Origin: a bacterium
GTDB taxonomy: Bacteria; Zhuqueibacterota; Zhuqueibacteria; Residuimicrobiales; Krinioviventaceae
Direction of reading: 5' to 3'
Length of the DNA: 64,000 bases
NCBI GenBank assembly: GCA_963693055.1
Contig: OY843751.1
Span: 5,536,001 to 5,600,000, forward strand
Below, piece after piece: positions 29,480-40,019 of this stretch. Both the position numbers and the translations under genes were made by a program. The notes beneath the pieces are model-generated. The model saw only the letters and a list, made by a program, of their open reading frames with translations, had not been told where the DNA came from and did not search any database. Numbering within the stretch: position 1 is the stretch's first letter; each line of letters opens with the position of its first letter.

Positions 29480-29582
29480 CGCGACTCTTGCTTGAAAAGT
29501 ATGCACCTCTTTTTTTATTGATTTTCAAAATTATTCCACGTATGTTATACCGCATGCATGAATTATTATTATTGGAAACAAG

Positions 29583-31199
29583 ATGTCTATAAAATCTGAT
29601 TTTTTAATAATCGGCAGTGGTATTGCCGGACTATATAGCGCTATCCTCCTGTCAAAACAAGGCACTGTTGCCATTGTAACCAAAAAGCACAAAGCTGAAT
29701 CAAATACAAATTACGCCCAGGGCGGCATTGCTTCAGTTTTTGATCCCGACGACTCTTTTGATCAACATATTAAAGACACCATGTACGCAGGTGCAGGACT
29801 GTGCAAACAAGACGCCGTACAACTGATTGTAGAAGAAGGCCCGCACCACATAAACGAGTTGTTTCGTCTGGGTGTGCCCTTTGATAAAAATCAGACCGGC
29901 AAGTTTGACCTGGGACGTGAAGGTGGACACAAGTTCCATCGCATCGTCCATGTTAAAGACCATACCGGTCGGGATGTAGAAACCATATTGCTTGATCAAA
30001 TCAAAGAGAATCCCAATATCAGTATTTATGAAGATCATGTTGCAATTGATCTGATAACAGAACACCATATATTTGAAACGGTACCCGCGGCAAAAAACAC
30101 GCTTAGCTGCTGGGGTGCTTATGTATTAGACTCAAAAACCCAAAAAGTACATAAATTTACAGCCAAAGCTACTATCCTTTCTTCCGGTGGCTGCGGTCAG
30201 GTTTACCGGCACACCTCAAATCCGGATATTGCCACAGGCGACGGAGTTGCCATGTGTTATCGCGCCGGTGCTCCTATTGCCAATATGGAATTCATGCAAT
30301 TTCATCCCACTACCCTGTACCATCCGGAAGCAGACTCTTTTTTAATATCCGAAGCGGTACGCGGTTTTGGCGGTATTTTGATTAATAAAGCTGGCGAAGA
30401 CTTTATGCCCAACTATCACGAAATGGCTTCACTGGCTCCTCGCGATATTGTTGCCCGCGCCATTGATACTGAATTGAAAAAACGTGGCGACTCGTCAGTC
30501 TTTCTGGATGTTACCCATAAAAAACCGGAAGAGACAAAAAAACGGTTTCCGCTGATATATGATAAATGCATGAAATTTAAAATAGACATTACCAAAGAAC
30601 CTATTCCTGTGGTTCCCGCCGCTCATTATTCCTGCGGTGGCGTAGTAACCGATTTAAAAGCCCAAACAAACATCAAAGGCCTGTTTGCCTGTGGCGAAGT
30701 AGCCTGCACAGGCGTTCACGGAGCAAACCGGTTGGCATCCAACTCGTTATTGGAAGCATTGGTATTTGCATACAAGGCATGTGAATCTGCCACTGACTTT
30801 GTAAGCACCAATAACTTTATCTTTCCCCGCATACCTCACTGGGATGACGCAGGTACATTCAACAGTGAAGAATGGGTTTTAATATCTCATGATAAATTAG
30901 AGATCAAAAACCTGATGTGGGACTATGTAGGTATCGTCCGCTCTAACCTGAGACTTGAACGGGCACATAGCAGAATCCGTCTGATCCGCCAGGAGGTGGA
31001 AAACTTTTATCGTCGTACCACTGTTACCGAAGATCTGGTAGAATTGCGCAATCTGGCAACCGTATCTCAGCTTATTATTCAATCTGCGCTGATGCGTAGA
31101 GAGAGCCGGGGATTGCACTATACGACCGATTATACAAAAACCAACGACGAGGAATATCTGCAAGATACTATTATTCAAAGGGGAAAATTCACCAACTAG
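29583..31199 (+). CDS. nadB: L-aspartate oxidase
   Basis: IGSGIAGL, YAQGGIA, REGGH, QFHPT, HGANRLASNSLLE, ESRGLH. Confidence 0.96.
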   Translation: MSIKSDFLIIGSGIAGLYSAILLSKQGTVAIVTKKHKAESNTNYAQGGIASVFDPDDSFDQHIKDTMYAGAGLCKQDAVQLIVEEGPHHINELFRLGVPFDKNQTGKFDLGREGGHKFHRIVHVKDHTGRDVETILLDQIKENPNISIYEDHVAIDLITEHHIFETVPAAKNTLSCWGAYVLDSKTQKVHKFTAKATILSSGGCGQVYRHTSNPDIATGDGVAMCYRAGAPIANMEFMQFHPTTLYHPEADSFLISEAVRGFGGILINKAGEDFMPNYHEMASLAPRDIVARAIDTELKKRGDSSVFLDVTHKKPEETKKRFPLIYDKCMKFKIDITKEPIPVVPAAHYSCGGVVTDLKAQTNIKGLFACGEVACTGVHGANRLASNSLLEALVFAYKACESATDFVSTNNFIFPRIPHWDDAGTFNSEEWVLISHDKLEIKNLMWDYVGIVRSNLRLERAHSRIRLIRQEVENFYRRTTVTEDLVELRNLATVSQLIIQSALMRRESRGLHYTTDYTKTNDEEYLQDTIIQRGKFTN

Positions 31200-31305
31200 A
31201 GCAGAACATACACCCTCTCTGTTTCAAGCCAGAATGTTTTTCTTGATTTTATGGCAATCATTTTCTATAATAGGAAGATATATTTTTTTTAGAGGAGAAT
31301 AATTC

Positions 31306-31938
31306 ATGAAACCATTTCGCCAGTTATTAGTATTATTAATTATGATTTCATCAATGGCATTTGCGCAAGGTGGAAATGTTTTCAATATAAATGCCGGATA
31401 TGTTAATCCTGCGGATATAAAAGGTGGCATGTTTTTCGGATTCGTTCTGGGCACAGCCATAGACGAAGCGGTTGATCTGGGTATTGGAGTAGATGTGTTT
31501 CACAAAACCTACTCTGAAAACAGCCAGGTAGCTCAGGAAGAAAAAGAAGGACTAACATCCAACACTTATGCCACTGAAGTGGATTATTCAAGAACTATGG
31601 TACCTTTAAAACTTATGGTGAATGTCAAAATACCCACTTCTATGTACTATGGATATTTTATTCGCGGAAGCCTGAACTATGAATTCCTGTTCAGCAAAGA
31701 AAAAAATTACGAGATGGATAAATCTCAAACGCATAAATTCGGTGGTCTGGGATGGCAGGCAGCAGCCGGATTTTATTACAATGTAGGCAGCCGCTCAACA
31801 CTTATTGCCGATTTGTTTTATAACAGTTGCGAAGTCAGCCGCAGTATAGAAAATAGTAATGTTGGCCTTCCGGTTACTGAACGTGTTGACTTGTCCGGAC
31901 TCGGCTTTAGATTAGGAGTAAATTTAAATTTAAACTAG
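31306..31938 (+). CDS. Outer-membrane beta-barrel protein
   Basis: Signal peptide, alternating aromatic strands, C-terminal GFRLGVNLNLN. Confidence 0.7.
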   Translation: MKPFRQLLVLLIMISSMAFAQGGNVFNINAGYVNPADIKGGMFFGFVLGTAIDEAVDLGIGVDVFHKTYSENSQVAQEEKEGLTSNTYATEVDYSRTMVPLKLMVNVKIPTSMYYGYFIRGSLNYEFLFSKEKNYEMDKSQTHKFGGLGWQAAAGFYYNVGSRSTLIADLFYNSCEVSRSIENSNVGLPVTERVDLSGLGFRLGVNLNLN

Positions 31939-31939
31939 T

Positions 31940-32791
31940 ATGAATTTTCAAACACAAAAAATACGTTTCGGCTTTGGCGGTGGATTAACTCCGGTTGTCA
32001 AATGGCTGTTGATATCAAATGTTATCGTATATTTTATACAATTGATCACATTGCGTATGGGTTCTCCGCTTACAAGCTGGCTTTCATTGCAGCCGTACGA
32101 AATAACCCATCATTTTAAATTTTGGCAATTGGCTACTTATCAGTTTTTACATAGCGAAGCCAGCTTTTTTCATATCTTTTTTAACATGTTTACCCTGTGG
32201 ATATTTGGCTGCGAAGTTGAACGCTGGCAGGGATCGAAAAATTTTTTACGCTACTATCTATTATCCGGAATTGGTGCGGGCTTGTTTCATATACTGTTTA
32301 ACTGGAACTCGCCAACACCGGTTATTGGTGCTTCCGGAGCCATTTATGGTGTTCTGGTAGCATTTGCGGTATATTTCCCGGACCGCATTGTAACATTGCT
32401 GCTCTTTTTTATATTACCGGTTAGCCTGAAAGCGAAACATCTTGTTGCATTCTTTGTTGGTATTTCTTTATTTTCAGGCATTGTTGGTATTTTTGGTAAA
32501 TCTGACAGCATTGCGCATTTTGCCCATTTGGGAGGTGCGCTTGTTGGTTATTTAATGCTGAGAGGAGACAATCTGATGGGTATTGTGATTCGTAAATACC
32601 GCACATATCAGCATCAAAAACAATTTATGGCAGAACAAAAAAGACAGCAAGATATTCGGGAAAAGCGCGATGAAGTAGACCGTATTCTCGACAGGATCAA
32701 TGAAGTAGGATATGACAGCCTGAGCGATGAAGAGAAAAAGAACCTAAAAAAAGCCAGCGAGTTTTTATCCAAGGAAGAGAAAATCTGGTAA
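31940..32791 (+). CDS. Rhomboid intramembrane serine protease with C-terminal DUF6576-like tail
   Basis: HIFFNM, GASG, AHLGG, VDRILDRINEVGYDSLS. Confidence 0.93.
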   Translation: MNFQTQKIRFGFGGGLTPVVKWLLISNVIVYFIQLITLRMGSPLTSWLSLQPYEITHHFKFWQLATYQFLHSEASFFHIFFNMFTLWIFGCEVERWQGSKNFLRYYLLSGIGAGLFHILFNWNSPTPVIGASGAIYGVLVAFAVYFPDRIVTLLLFFILPVSLKAKHLVAFFVGISLFSGIVGIFGKSDSIAHFAHLGGALVGYLMLRGDNLMGIVIRKYRTYQHQKQFMAEQKRQQDIREKRDEVDRILDRINEVGYDSLSDEEKKNLKKASEFLSKEEKIW

Positions 32792-32807
32792 TACAGCAGG
32801 ATGGCCA

Positions 32808-34304
32808 GTGACCATATCGAATAAATCCATTATTATATTATTAATATTTTTATTGACCGCATCTGTCTTTGCAGAACGGGTATCTATCATTAACAAATGG
32901 GAAGGCAAACCGGTCGGATCTCTCGAATCTTTCAAGGCCGGTCGTTATAGCTTTGTATCTATTACCCATTTTGCTAAAGCTTTTGATCTGCAAACCCGCA
33001 AAGATCTAAAAGCAAAACGCGTTATCCTGTATTTGCCAGATGCTACAGCAGAAATAACAGCCATTAGCCCTTTTGTTAAAATTGACAAGACCATGTTCCA
33101 AATGCCCATCAGCACCTTGTACAGAAATGGTGAATTTTATGTACCCCTGCAATTTTTTACCCAATTACTAAAAAATTTCTTTCCGGGTGAATTGTCTTTT
33201 AATCAAAAAGACAGTGCTCTTTTAATTGCTCCTTCCTCTGATCACATTACAAGTATTGATATTGAAGAAATGGCAAACGGTACATTGATCAAGATCAAAA
33301 CGCTGCGTCCTTTTGAAGAGAACAAAATCTTTACCAGTGAAAGTAACGGCTGGTTTTATGTTGATTTGTATGGCGGCAGGGTAGATACCTTTCGCACATT
33401 CAGTGTTGATCCTGATCTGAAAAATGTTAAAAAAATCATACCCATACAATTGTCAGAAGAAACCGCCAGACTCTCATTCAGAGTGCTACCCAGAATCAAA
33501 GAAAAAAATGTCTATATTGATCCCAATAACGAGATCACCATTACCCTGCGCACCAAGCAAGACCTCTCTCAGGATCTGTTGGCGGATCTTGAAAAAGAAC
33601 GTGAAAAATGGAAAATTGATACCATTGTGATTGATCCCGGGCACGGCGGAAGAGATCCGGGAGCCGTTGGCAAATCAAATCTGTATGAAAAAAATATAAC
33701 GCTGGCTATTGCCAAAATGGTTAAAGACGAATTGGAAAAGCAACTGGATTCTAAAATATTAATGACGCGTGATAACGATACTTATCCGCGTTTAAAAGAC
33801 CGTACAGAATTTGCTAACAAAAATAGTGGGAAACTGTTCCTGAGTATCCATGTGGATTCTAATCCAAGTTCTCGTATTCACGGACATACCATCTATTTCC
33901 TGGGTATAGCAAAAACCGATGAAGCACGTCGTGCTGCACAATTTGAAAACTCGGTAATCAAGCTTGAAGACAATCCAAACGATTATGTGGACCTGACTTC
34001 TGCATCATTTATTCTGGCGGCAAACGCTCAGAATTCTTATGCAAAAGAGAGCGAAGAATTTGCAGTCATGATTGACAACGAAATCAGAAAACAATGTGAT
34101 TCATATAGCCATGGCGTAAGGCAAGCAGGATTTCAGGTACTCTATAACGCATCAATGCCCAGTATTCTCATCGAGACGGCATACATCACAAACCGCTATG
34201 ATTTAGAAAAACTCAAAACTCAATCTTATCGACAAAAACTTGCCAAATCAATTAGTGATGGTGTAGTAAAATTCGCACAAAAGTATGAAGAGTCTATGAA
34301 CTAA
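32808..34304 (+). CDS. N-acetylmuramoyl-L-alanine amidase (Amidase_3)
   Basis: Signal peptide; IDPGHGGRDPGA, EK, SIH, PSILIET. Confidence 0.92.
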   Translation: MTISNKSIIILLIFLLTASVFAERVSIINKWEGKPVGSLESFKAGRYSFVSITHFAKAFDLQTRKDLKAKRVILYLPDATAEITAISPFVKIDKTMFQMPISTLYRNGEFYVPLQFFTQLLKNFFPGELSFNQKDSALLIAPSSDHITSIDIEEMANGTLIKIKTLRPFEENKIFTSESNGWFYVDLYGGRVDTFRTFSVDPDLKNVKKIIPIQLSEETARLSFRVLPRIKEKNVYIDPNNEITITLRTKQDLSQDLLADLEKEREKWKIDTIVIDPGHGGRDPGAVGKSNLYEKNITLAIAKMVKDELEKQLDSKILMTRDNDTYPRLKDRTEFANKNSGKLFLSIHVDSNPSSRIHGHTIYFLGIAKTDEARRAAQFENSVIKLEDNPNDYVDLTSASFILAANAQNSYAKESEEFAVMIDNEIRKQCDSYSHGVRQAGFQVLYNASMPSILIETAYITNRYDLEKLKTQSYRQKLAKSISDGVVKFAQKYEESMN

Positions 34305-35218
34305 AATTGCAGTTCGTACTTTTCCCCTTGCTTCATCCCCTGTTTCTGCATCTCATAATGAATAGTATTTATTACATTTGTTTTGTTTATAACCCATCTA
34401 GGTGCCAGAATGATCTCTCTTGGTGCTTCTGCAGTCAGACGTTGAATAACCATATCCGGCGGCAGATGTTGCAGCATCTCACTGACATGAAGCGCATAGG
34501 TATCAATATCCAAAGGCAAAATCTTGCCTTCCAGGTACAAAGATTCCAGTTCCGTGTCTTTTAATATTAACAGCGGATGTATTTTTATATCGTGAGTACC
34601 GGTTTGTGCAATTCGCTCTGCTGTAATAATGCTGTGCTCCAGTTCTTCTTCCGGCAAACCGACCATAATATGTGTACATATTCTAACATTGAGAGGCTTT
34701 AATTTATCAACAGCTTTTAAATAATCTTCAAAGGTATGCCCCCGATTGATTGCTTTTAACGTCTTGTTAAAGCTGCTTTGCAAACCCAGTTCAATCCACA
34801 CATCCACTTTTTCAGCCAATTTTTCAAACAGATCCAAAACACCTTTCGATAAACAATCCGGCCGGGTTGCAATAGATATTCCAACTATACCGAAAAAAGA
34901 GATTGCCTCAAAAAATAATTTTTCCAGTTCAGATACCGGTGCAAAAGTATTGGTTGAAGATTGAAAATATACAATATACTTGTGAATGCCTACCTTGTCA
35001 CCCAACTCAATCCCCTGCCGAATCTGCTCATTTACACAGACCTGCTGTTCAGACAGCATTTGAGAAAAGCTATCATTCCTGCAAAAAATGCATCCTCCGC
35101 TACCGGTTTCAGGGTCCTTGTTCGGACAGGTAAAGCCAGCATCCAAAGAAAGTTTCCACACTTTTTCGCCGTAACGGTCACGCAAGTATTTTGAAAATTT
35201 ATTATAACGATAGTTCAT
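34301..35218 (-). CDS. TIGR01212 (YhcC-like) radical SAM protein
   Basis: DAGFTCPNKD...GGCIFC, TRPDC, ELGLQS, IKIH. Confidence 0.9.
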   Translation of the reverse strand: MNYRYNKFSKYLRDRYGEKVWKLSLDAGFTCPNKDPETGSGGCIFCRNDSFSQMLSEQQVCVNEQIRQGIELGDKVGIHKYIVYFQSSTNTFAPVSELEKLFFEAISFFGIVGISIATRPDCLSKGVLDLFEKLAEKVDVWIELGLQSSFNKTLKAINRGHTFEDYLKAVDKLKPLNVRICTHIMVGLPEEELEHSIITAERIAQTGTHDIKIHPLLILKDTELESLYLEGKILPLDIDTYALHVSEMLQHLPPDMVIQRLTAEAPREIILAPRWVINKTNVINTIHYEMQKQGMKQGEKYELQF

Positions 35219-35225
35219 ATACACA

Positions 35226-35256
35226 AAAAGCGGGACCAGAAACCAGTCCCGCTTTT
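35226..35256 (-). terminator. Rho-independent terminator-like hairpin
   Basis: AAAAGCGGGAC-N9-GTCCCGCTTTT, with T-runs available on both strands. Confidence 0.6.
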
Positions 35257-35270
35257 ATTACACCCTTTAT

Positions 35271-35864
35271 TTACCAGATCCGAATTTCACCAAAAGTAAC
35301 TGAACATATAATATCGAGCCGGCTGCTGGCTGTTTCATATGAATCAGATTTATAAACCAGTCTTTCGCTCAAACCTTCACGGTGCTGGTCATAGATTTGA
35401 ATGGTACCGCCAAGGTTTGTTGCAATAATTTTTACTGGCAGATCATTAGCCAACTGCACTCTGACCTCTCCAAAAGTAGAAGCAATCTCTAACTTTTGGG
35501 TACCTGCGCTCAATTTAATAGAGGGCACCTCTAAATCAATTTCACCAAAAACCGTTTTAACCAGACCACCTTCAAAGGGATTGCTATCTAACCTGGTTCT
35601 TATATTGCCAAAGGTTTTGTCTAATCTGACCTGGTTCTCACTTGATATCGTTTCTTCTTCCTGAATATAAGCATTCCCTTTATCCTGTTTGCGGTTACTG
35701 GTATAAATGATGTATATACCAATAAAAATCAGGAAAAGTGGCCAGTAATCAGAAACAAACTCGTAAAAGCTTAGAACATCCAGGTTGTTTAATAGAAATA
35801 AAACACCAAGCCCAATCAGCACCACTCCACCCAGGGGGAATTTTGTTTTAGACTGGCTTTCCAT
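35271..35864 (-). CDS. LiaF-like cell-envelope stress protein
   Basis: GVVLIGLGVLFLLNN, WPLFLI, repeated xFG beta motifs. Confidence 0.8.
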   Translation of the reverse strand: MESQSKTKFPLGGVVLIGLGVLFLLNNLDVLSFYEFVSDYWPLFLIFIGIYIIYTSNRKQDKGNAYIQEEETISSENQVRLDKTFGNIRTRLDSNPFEGGLVKTVFGEIDLEVPSIKLSAGTQKLEIASTFGEVRVQLANDLPVKIIATNLGGTIQIYDQHREGLSERLVYKSDSYETASSRLDIICSVTFGEIRIW

Positions 35865-35876
35865 TATTTACCTCGT

Positions 35877-36797
35877 TTATTCACCTTCGTGTTCAGCAAC
35901 ATATTTTTCTGCTTCCATAGCAGACTGACAGCCGGTTCCCGCAGACGTAATAGCCTGACGATAAACCGGGTCCTGAACATCACCACAGGCAAAAACACCG
36001 TTTACGTTGGTTTTTGTATATCTATCAGTTAAAACATAATTGCTATCATCCAGCTCAATTTGATCTTTGAATAGATCCGTATTGGGATAATGACCAATAA
36101 AAACAAATACACCATCCACATCAAAGTCTGTAACATCACCGGTTTTTACATTTTTCAATTTCAGGGATTTAACTGCGTCATCGCCAACAACTTCTTCTAC
36201 AACAGAATCCCATACAAATTCCACCTTATCATTCTTTTTAGCGCGTTCCTGCAAAATGGCATCTGCACGCAATTTATCACGACGATGAATGATAGATACT
36301 TTACTTGCGTAACGGGTCAAAAACAAGCCTTCATCAAGCGCACTGTTTCCACCGCCTATAACCGCAACATGTTTGCCGCTAAAGAAAAATCCATCACAAG
36401 TTGCACAATAAGATACACCCTTGCCAATCAATTCTTTTTCACCCGGCACGTCCAGTTTTTTGGGTGTGGAACCGGTTGCAATGACAACAGTTTTAGCCTG
36501 ATATTCCTTGTCAGCGGTTTTTACAATTTTCACATCACCGCTCAAGTCCACCTCTGTTACTACATCATATACCAGTTCGGCACCAAACCGGGTTGCCTGC
36601 TTTTCCAACAACTGGTACATTTCAAAACCGCTTACTCCTTCGGGAAACCCGGGAAAGTTTTCCAGATCATCAGTCAAAGTGATTTGTCCACCACGTTCCA
36701 TACCGGCCAGTACAACGGGTTTCAGGTTGGCGCGTGCTGCATATATAGCTGAAGTTAATCCGGCAGGGCCGGAGCCAATAATAATTACATTTTCCAT
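35877..36797 (-). CDS. trxB: Thioredoxin reductase
   Basis: GSGPAG, CATCDG, GGGNSA, GDVQD, RQAITSAG. Confidence 0.97.
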   Translation of the reverse strand: MENVIIIGSGPAGLTSAIYAARANLKPVVLAGMERGGQITLTDDLENFPGFPEGVSGFEMYQLLEKQATRFGAELVYDVVTEVDLSGDVKIVKTADKEYQAKTVVIATGSTPKKLDVPGEKELIGKGVSYCATCDGFFFSGKHVAVIGGGNSALDEGLFLTRYASKVSIIHRRDKLRADAILQERAKKNDKVEFVWDSVVEEVVGDDAVKSLKLKNVKTGDVTDFDVDGVFVFIGHYPNTDLFKDQIELDDSNYVLTDRYTKTNVNGVFACGDVQDPVYRQAITSAGTGCQSAMEAEKYVAEHEGE

Positions 36798-37008
36798 GGT
36801 TTGGTATCCTCCAATCTTCCATTTGAATTCATTTTCGTTCTTTTAATAAGATGAAAAAAAGTCAAATAGTATTCAAAATAATAAATAATTTAATAATATA
36901 ATTTTCTAAATTCAAGTATACCTTTTTCCAATTTTAATTCATACGCTTGCATTTTGATAAATAATATATTACCTTTGAATAAAGGTATCACTATTATTGA
37001 ACAAGACT

Positions 37009-38403
37009 ATGCATTTACCAATAGATATACAAGAATATAAAAAAAATATTCGTTTGTGGTTCGGGGGCATGTTTGTTCCCGGACGGGAGATCCATATTTC
37101 ACGTGCACCCGCCAGCCAGGATGTTATGGGTGGAACATTTGATTATGCCGGTTCAGTTGCTGTTGGCGGTACGCTTGAACAGGCTGTTATTGCAGGTGTC
37201 CAAAAGCGCCTTGATTTACGGATATTGCTTAAATACAACGACTTTGAATCCAAAGCGGGCCAGCATATTGTAGAATACCAATTGGATAAATTCTATTCCA
37301 ACGGGCAGTTAAAACCTATAGATATTATTTCAAAAGAGATCCAATCTGAGATCAAGCTCCCCTGGGCAAGCCAGGTTCTCGAGATGCTGCCTGCCATGCT
37401 TGCAAACAATACACCGCAAAAATTTCAAAACGGGATCACCATTTGCATTAAAAGCAACATCCCGCAAAATGGTGGAATTGGTTCAAATGGTGCAATGAAA
37501 ACTGCCGTTTTGCAGGCAATTAAAAGTGCTTTTAATCTGTCATTAGACGCGTTTCAAATTGCTAATCTTGCCAAGGTCAATAAGATATATACCGGCAGTA
37601 TAATGGAAACCGCAAGCCCGGTTATGGGCAAAAAAGACAAACTACTTGCAATGCGCTGTCAGCCGCTGGAACTGCTTAAAATGATCACCCTGCCGCATTC
37701 AGTACAGTTTTTATCTATTGATACAAAATACAGACAGGAGGCCTGTGATCTTTTGCTGTTAAACTCCCGAATTTCAGCATTTATGGGACAAAAGATCATC
37801 TTTTCGCATCTCGAAAAACAGCAAAAACCCAATCCCTACAAGGGTTATTTGTGCAATATTACTCCGTCTGAATGGGAAGAAACATTTATGCAAATTGCTC
37901 CTGAACAGATCAGCGGCAAAGACTTTATAGAAACCTATGACACCCATCAAGACGTGGCTGCGCTAATCGATCCGGATACACTCTATCCGGTCAGAGATCA
38001 CACGGCTTTTCCAATCTATGAAAATGAACGGGTATTGCAATTCATTAAAGCATTTGATTCCATGAACTCGGGACACAATAAACAGGCGTTAATGGATGCA
38101 GGAGATCTGTTATTCAAGTCTCATGATAGTTTTCGCAATTTGTATGACCTGGGTTCTGAAAAAACAGATTATGTCATTTCTTTAATAAAAGAAATGGGAC
38201 CCGCAAACGGCTTTTACGGTGCAAGGCTTACGAGCGAGAGCTGTGGCGGTACTGTTCTGATCCTTACTGAAAACCAGAATGTAGACGAAACCATTGAAAA
38301 TCTGGCAGCAAAATTTTTAGACAAGTTCCAGGTCAAACCAATTCTTTACAAAAACTCGTCACAGGGAGCACTGGAATTCGGTTCTCTGACTGTTAAATTT
38401 TAA
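37009..38403 (+). CDS. GHMP/galactokinase (arabinokinase-like) family protein with degenerate motifs
   Basis: RAPASQDVMGG..DYAGS, KSNIPQNGGIGS, HTAFPIYENERV, GARLT...GG. Confidence 0.7.
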   Translation: MHLPIDIQEYKKNIRLWFGGMFVPGREIHISRAPASQDVMGGTFDYAGSVAVGGTLEQAVIAGVQKRLDLRILLKYNDFESKAGQHIVEYQLDKFYSNGQLKPIDIISKEIQSEIKLPWASQVLEMLPAMLANNTPQKFQNGITICIKSNIPQNGGIGSNGAMKTAVLQAIKSAFNLSLDAFQIANLAKVNKIYTGSIMETASPVMGKKDKLLAMRCQPLELLKMITLPHSVQFLSIDTKYRQEACDLLLLNSRISAFMGQKIIFSHLEKQQKPNPYKGYLCNITPSEWEETFMQIAPEQISGKDFIETYDTHQDVAALIDPDTLYPVRDHTAFPIYENERVLQFIKAFDSMNSGHNKQALMDAGDLLFKSHDSFRNLYDLGSEKTDYVISLIKEMGPANGFYGARLTSESCGGTVLILTENQNVDETIENLAAKFLDKFQVKPILYKNSSQGALEFGSLTVKF

Positions 38404-38427
38404 CACTACCAATCCGGGAAACATTAT

Positions 38428-39063
38428 ATGCTGAATTTACTCGTTATCATTGTCTTTGCTTACCTGGTAGGCTCAATCCCCACAAGTATCATCACCGGCA
38501 AATGGTTAAAAGGAATAGACATTCGAGAACACGGCAGCGGCAATGCCGGAGCAACAAATGTATTTCGGGTACTGGGCTGGAAACCTGGTGTTTTTGTTAT
38601 GCTTGTTGACATTTTTAAAGGCTTTGCAGCTACATTCTGGCTTTCCCGCATTGCTTTTGCGCCCATACCAGTCAGTCATGACCTGGTGCTGATCATAACC
38701 GGTTGTGCCGCTATATTCGGACATATATGGACGATCTTTGCAAAATTCCGCGGTGGTAAAGGTGTTGGTACTGCAGCAGGTATGCTGATTGCTTTATATC
38801 CGGTTGCGTTATTGATCTGCCTGGCTGTTTTTGCATTGGTCTTTATTTCTTCAAAAATTGTTTCACTCAGTTCAATATCAGCGGCTGTAGCATTGCCTGT
38901 GGTTTTATCCATCTTCAAATTTGTTCTGCATCAACCCATTACAGCCCCCTTGTATGGATTTGGATTTTTTGCCTCTGCATTGATCATCTTTACACACCGT
39001 TCAAATATTAAACGTCTATTGAATGGTACTGAAAATCGATTTGGCCGCAAAAAGAATCAATGA
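38428..39063 (+). CDS. plsY: Glycerol-3-phosphate acyltransferase
   Basis: YLVGSIP, GSGNAGATN, GGKGV, HRSNIKRL. Confidence 0.96.
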   Translation: MLNLLVIIVFAYLVGSIPTSIITGKWLKGIDIREHGSGNAGATNVFRVLGWKPGVFVMLVDIFKGFAATFWLSRIAFAPIPVSHDLVLIITGCAAIFGHIWTIFAKFRGGKGVGTAAGMLIALYPVALLICLAVFALVFISSKIVSLSSISAAVALPVVLSIFKFVLHQPITAPLYGFGFFASALIIFTHRSNIKRLLNGTENRFGRKKNQ

Positions 39064-39079
39064 CAATGCCGCGCAATCC

Positions 39080-40015
39080 ATGAATGATACACTTGAAATA
39101 CAATTTCTGGGTACGGGAGCCGCAGTTCCGTCAGCACGACGGGGACTCCCATCAATAGCTATCCACCATGACGGCGGAACCATCCTTTGCGATATGGGTG
39201 AAGGCACACAAATGACGCTTGCCAGGGTGGGATTATCACCTTCAAAAATTCACACTATATTTTTATCACATCTGCATGGCGATCATCTTTTCGGGCTGCC
39301 GGGATTTTTAACCTCTCAACAAATGATGGACCGGTCGAATCCAATCACCATCATTGGCCCCAAAGGAATACAAGAGTATTTCAATTGCGTTAGTAAAATT
39401 TCCGGATTCGAGATCACGTATCCGCTATCATTTATTGAATTACAGCAAGAAAACCAACCCGCTCTCAAAGTAGGGCCATTAACAGTCTCAGCTCTCCCCC
39501 TTGAGCATCGGACCCTGTGCTACGGCTATCGTTTTGAAGAAGCCCCCAAACCCGGTCGTTTCGATGCAAAAAAGGCAGAGCAACTGGGCATTGGTCCCGG
39601 TCCCATGCGCGCGGAATTGCAGCAGGGAAATCCCGTTACTGTCAATGGTACAACCATACATCCTGACGAATTAATGGGTCCCGCACGCCCCGGACGAATA
39701 ATTGCCTACTGTACCGACACCCGACCCTGCAGCAATACAACGATTCTGGCAGAAAATTCAGATGTGCTCATCCATGACAGCACCTTTTCCAGCGAACTCA
39801 CAGAACGCGCCCACAAGACGTTTCACAGCACATCGGTACAAGCGGCTGAAATTGCACGGGAAGCAAATGCAAAATCCTTGTTTCTATGGCACTTGAGTAT
39901 TCGCAACAGCGTCGAAACAGAAGAAATGATGCTGGAAGAAGCGAAACAAATTTTCCCCAACACCTTTTTGTCTCAAGACTCGCTCATCCACACTGTACCC
40001 AGGTCCGAACCCTAA
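39080..40015 (+). CDS. rnz: Ribonuclease Z
   Basis: FLGTGAAVP, DMGEGTQ, SHLHGDH, exosite GP motif, TDT, HDSTF. Confidence 0.92.
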   Translation: MNDTLEIQFLGTGAAVPSARRGLPSIAIHHDGGTILCDMGEGTQMTLARVGLSPSKIHTIFLSHLHGDHLFGLPGFLTSQQMMDRSNPITIIGPKGIQEYFNCVSKISGFEITYPLSFIELQQENQPALKVGPLTVSALPLEHRTLCYGYRFEEAPKPGRFDAKKAEQLGIGPGPMRAELQQGNPVTVNGTTIHPDELMGPARPGRIIAYCTDTRPCSNTTILAENSDVLIHDSTFSSELTERAHKTFHSTSVQAAEIAREANAKSLFLWHLSIRNSVETEEMMLEEAKQIFPNTFLSQDSLIHTVPRSEP

Positions 40016-40019
40016 TCTA

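Noticed and set aside
29480-29582. Riboswitch or NAD-regulator site upstream of nadB
   Set aside because: Short AT-rich spacer with no convincing structure or palindrome.
31252-31268. Sigma-54 promoter before the beta-barrel gene (TGGCAATCATTTTCT)
   Set aside because: The -12 GC dinucleotide is absent.
36090-36846. 220-aa and 112-aa plus-strand ORFs
   Set aside because: Antisense shadows of trxB; the same applies to the many short ORFs overlapping hisS, tkt, gpmI and rtcB.
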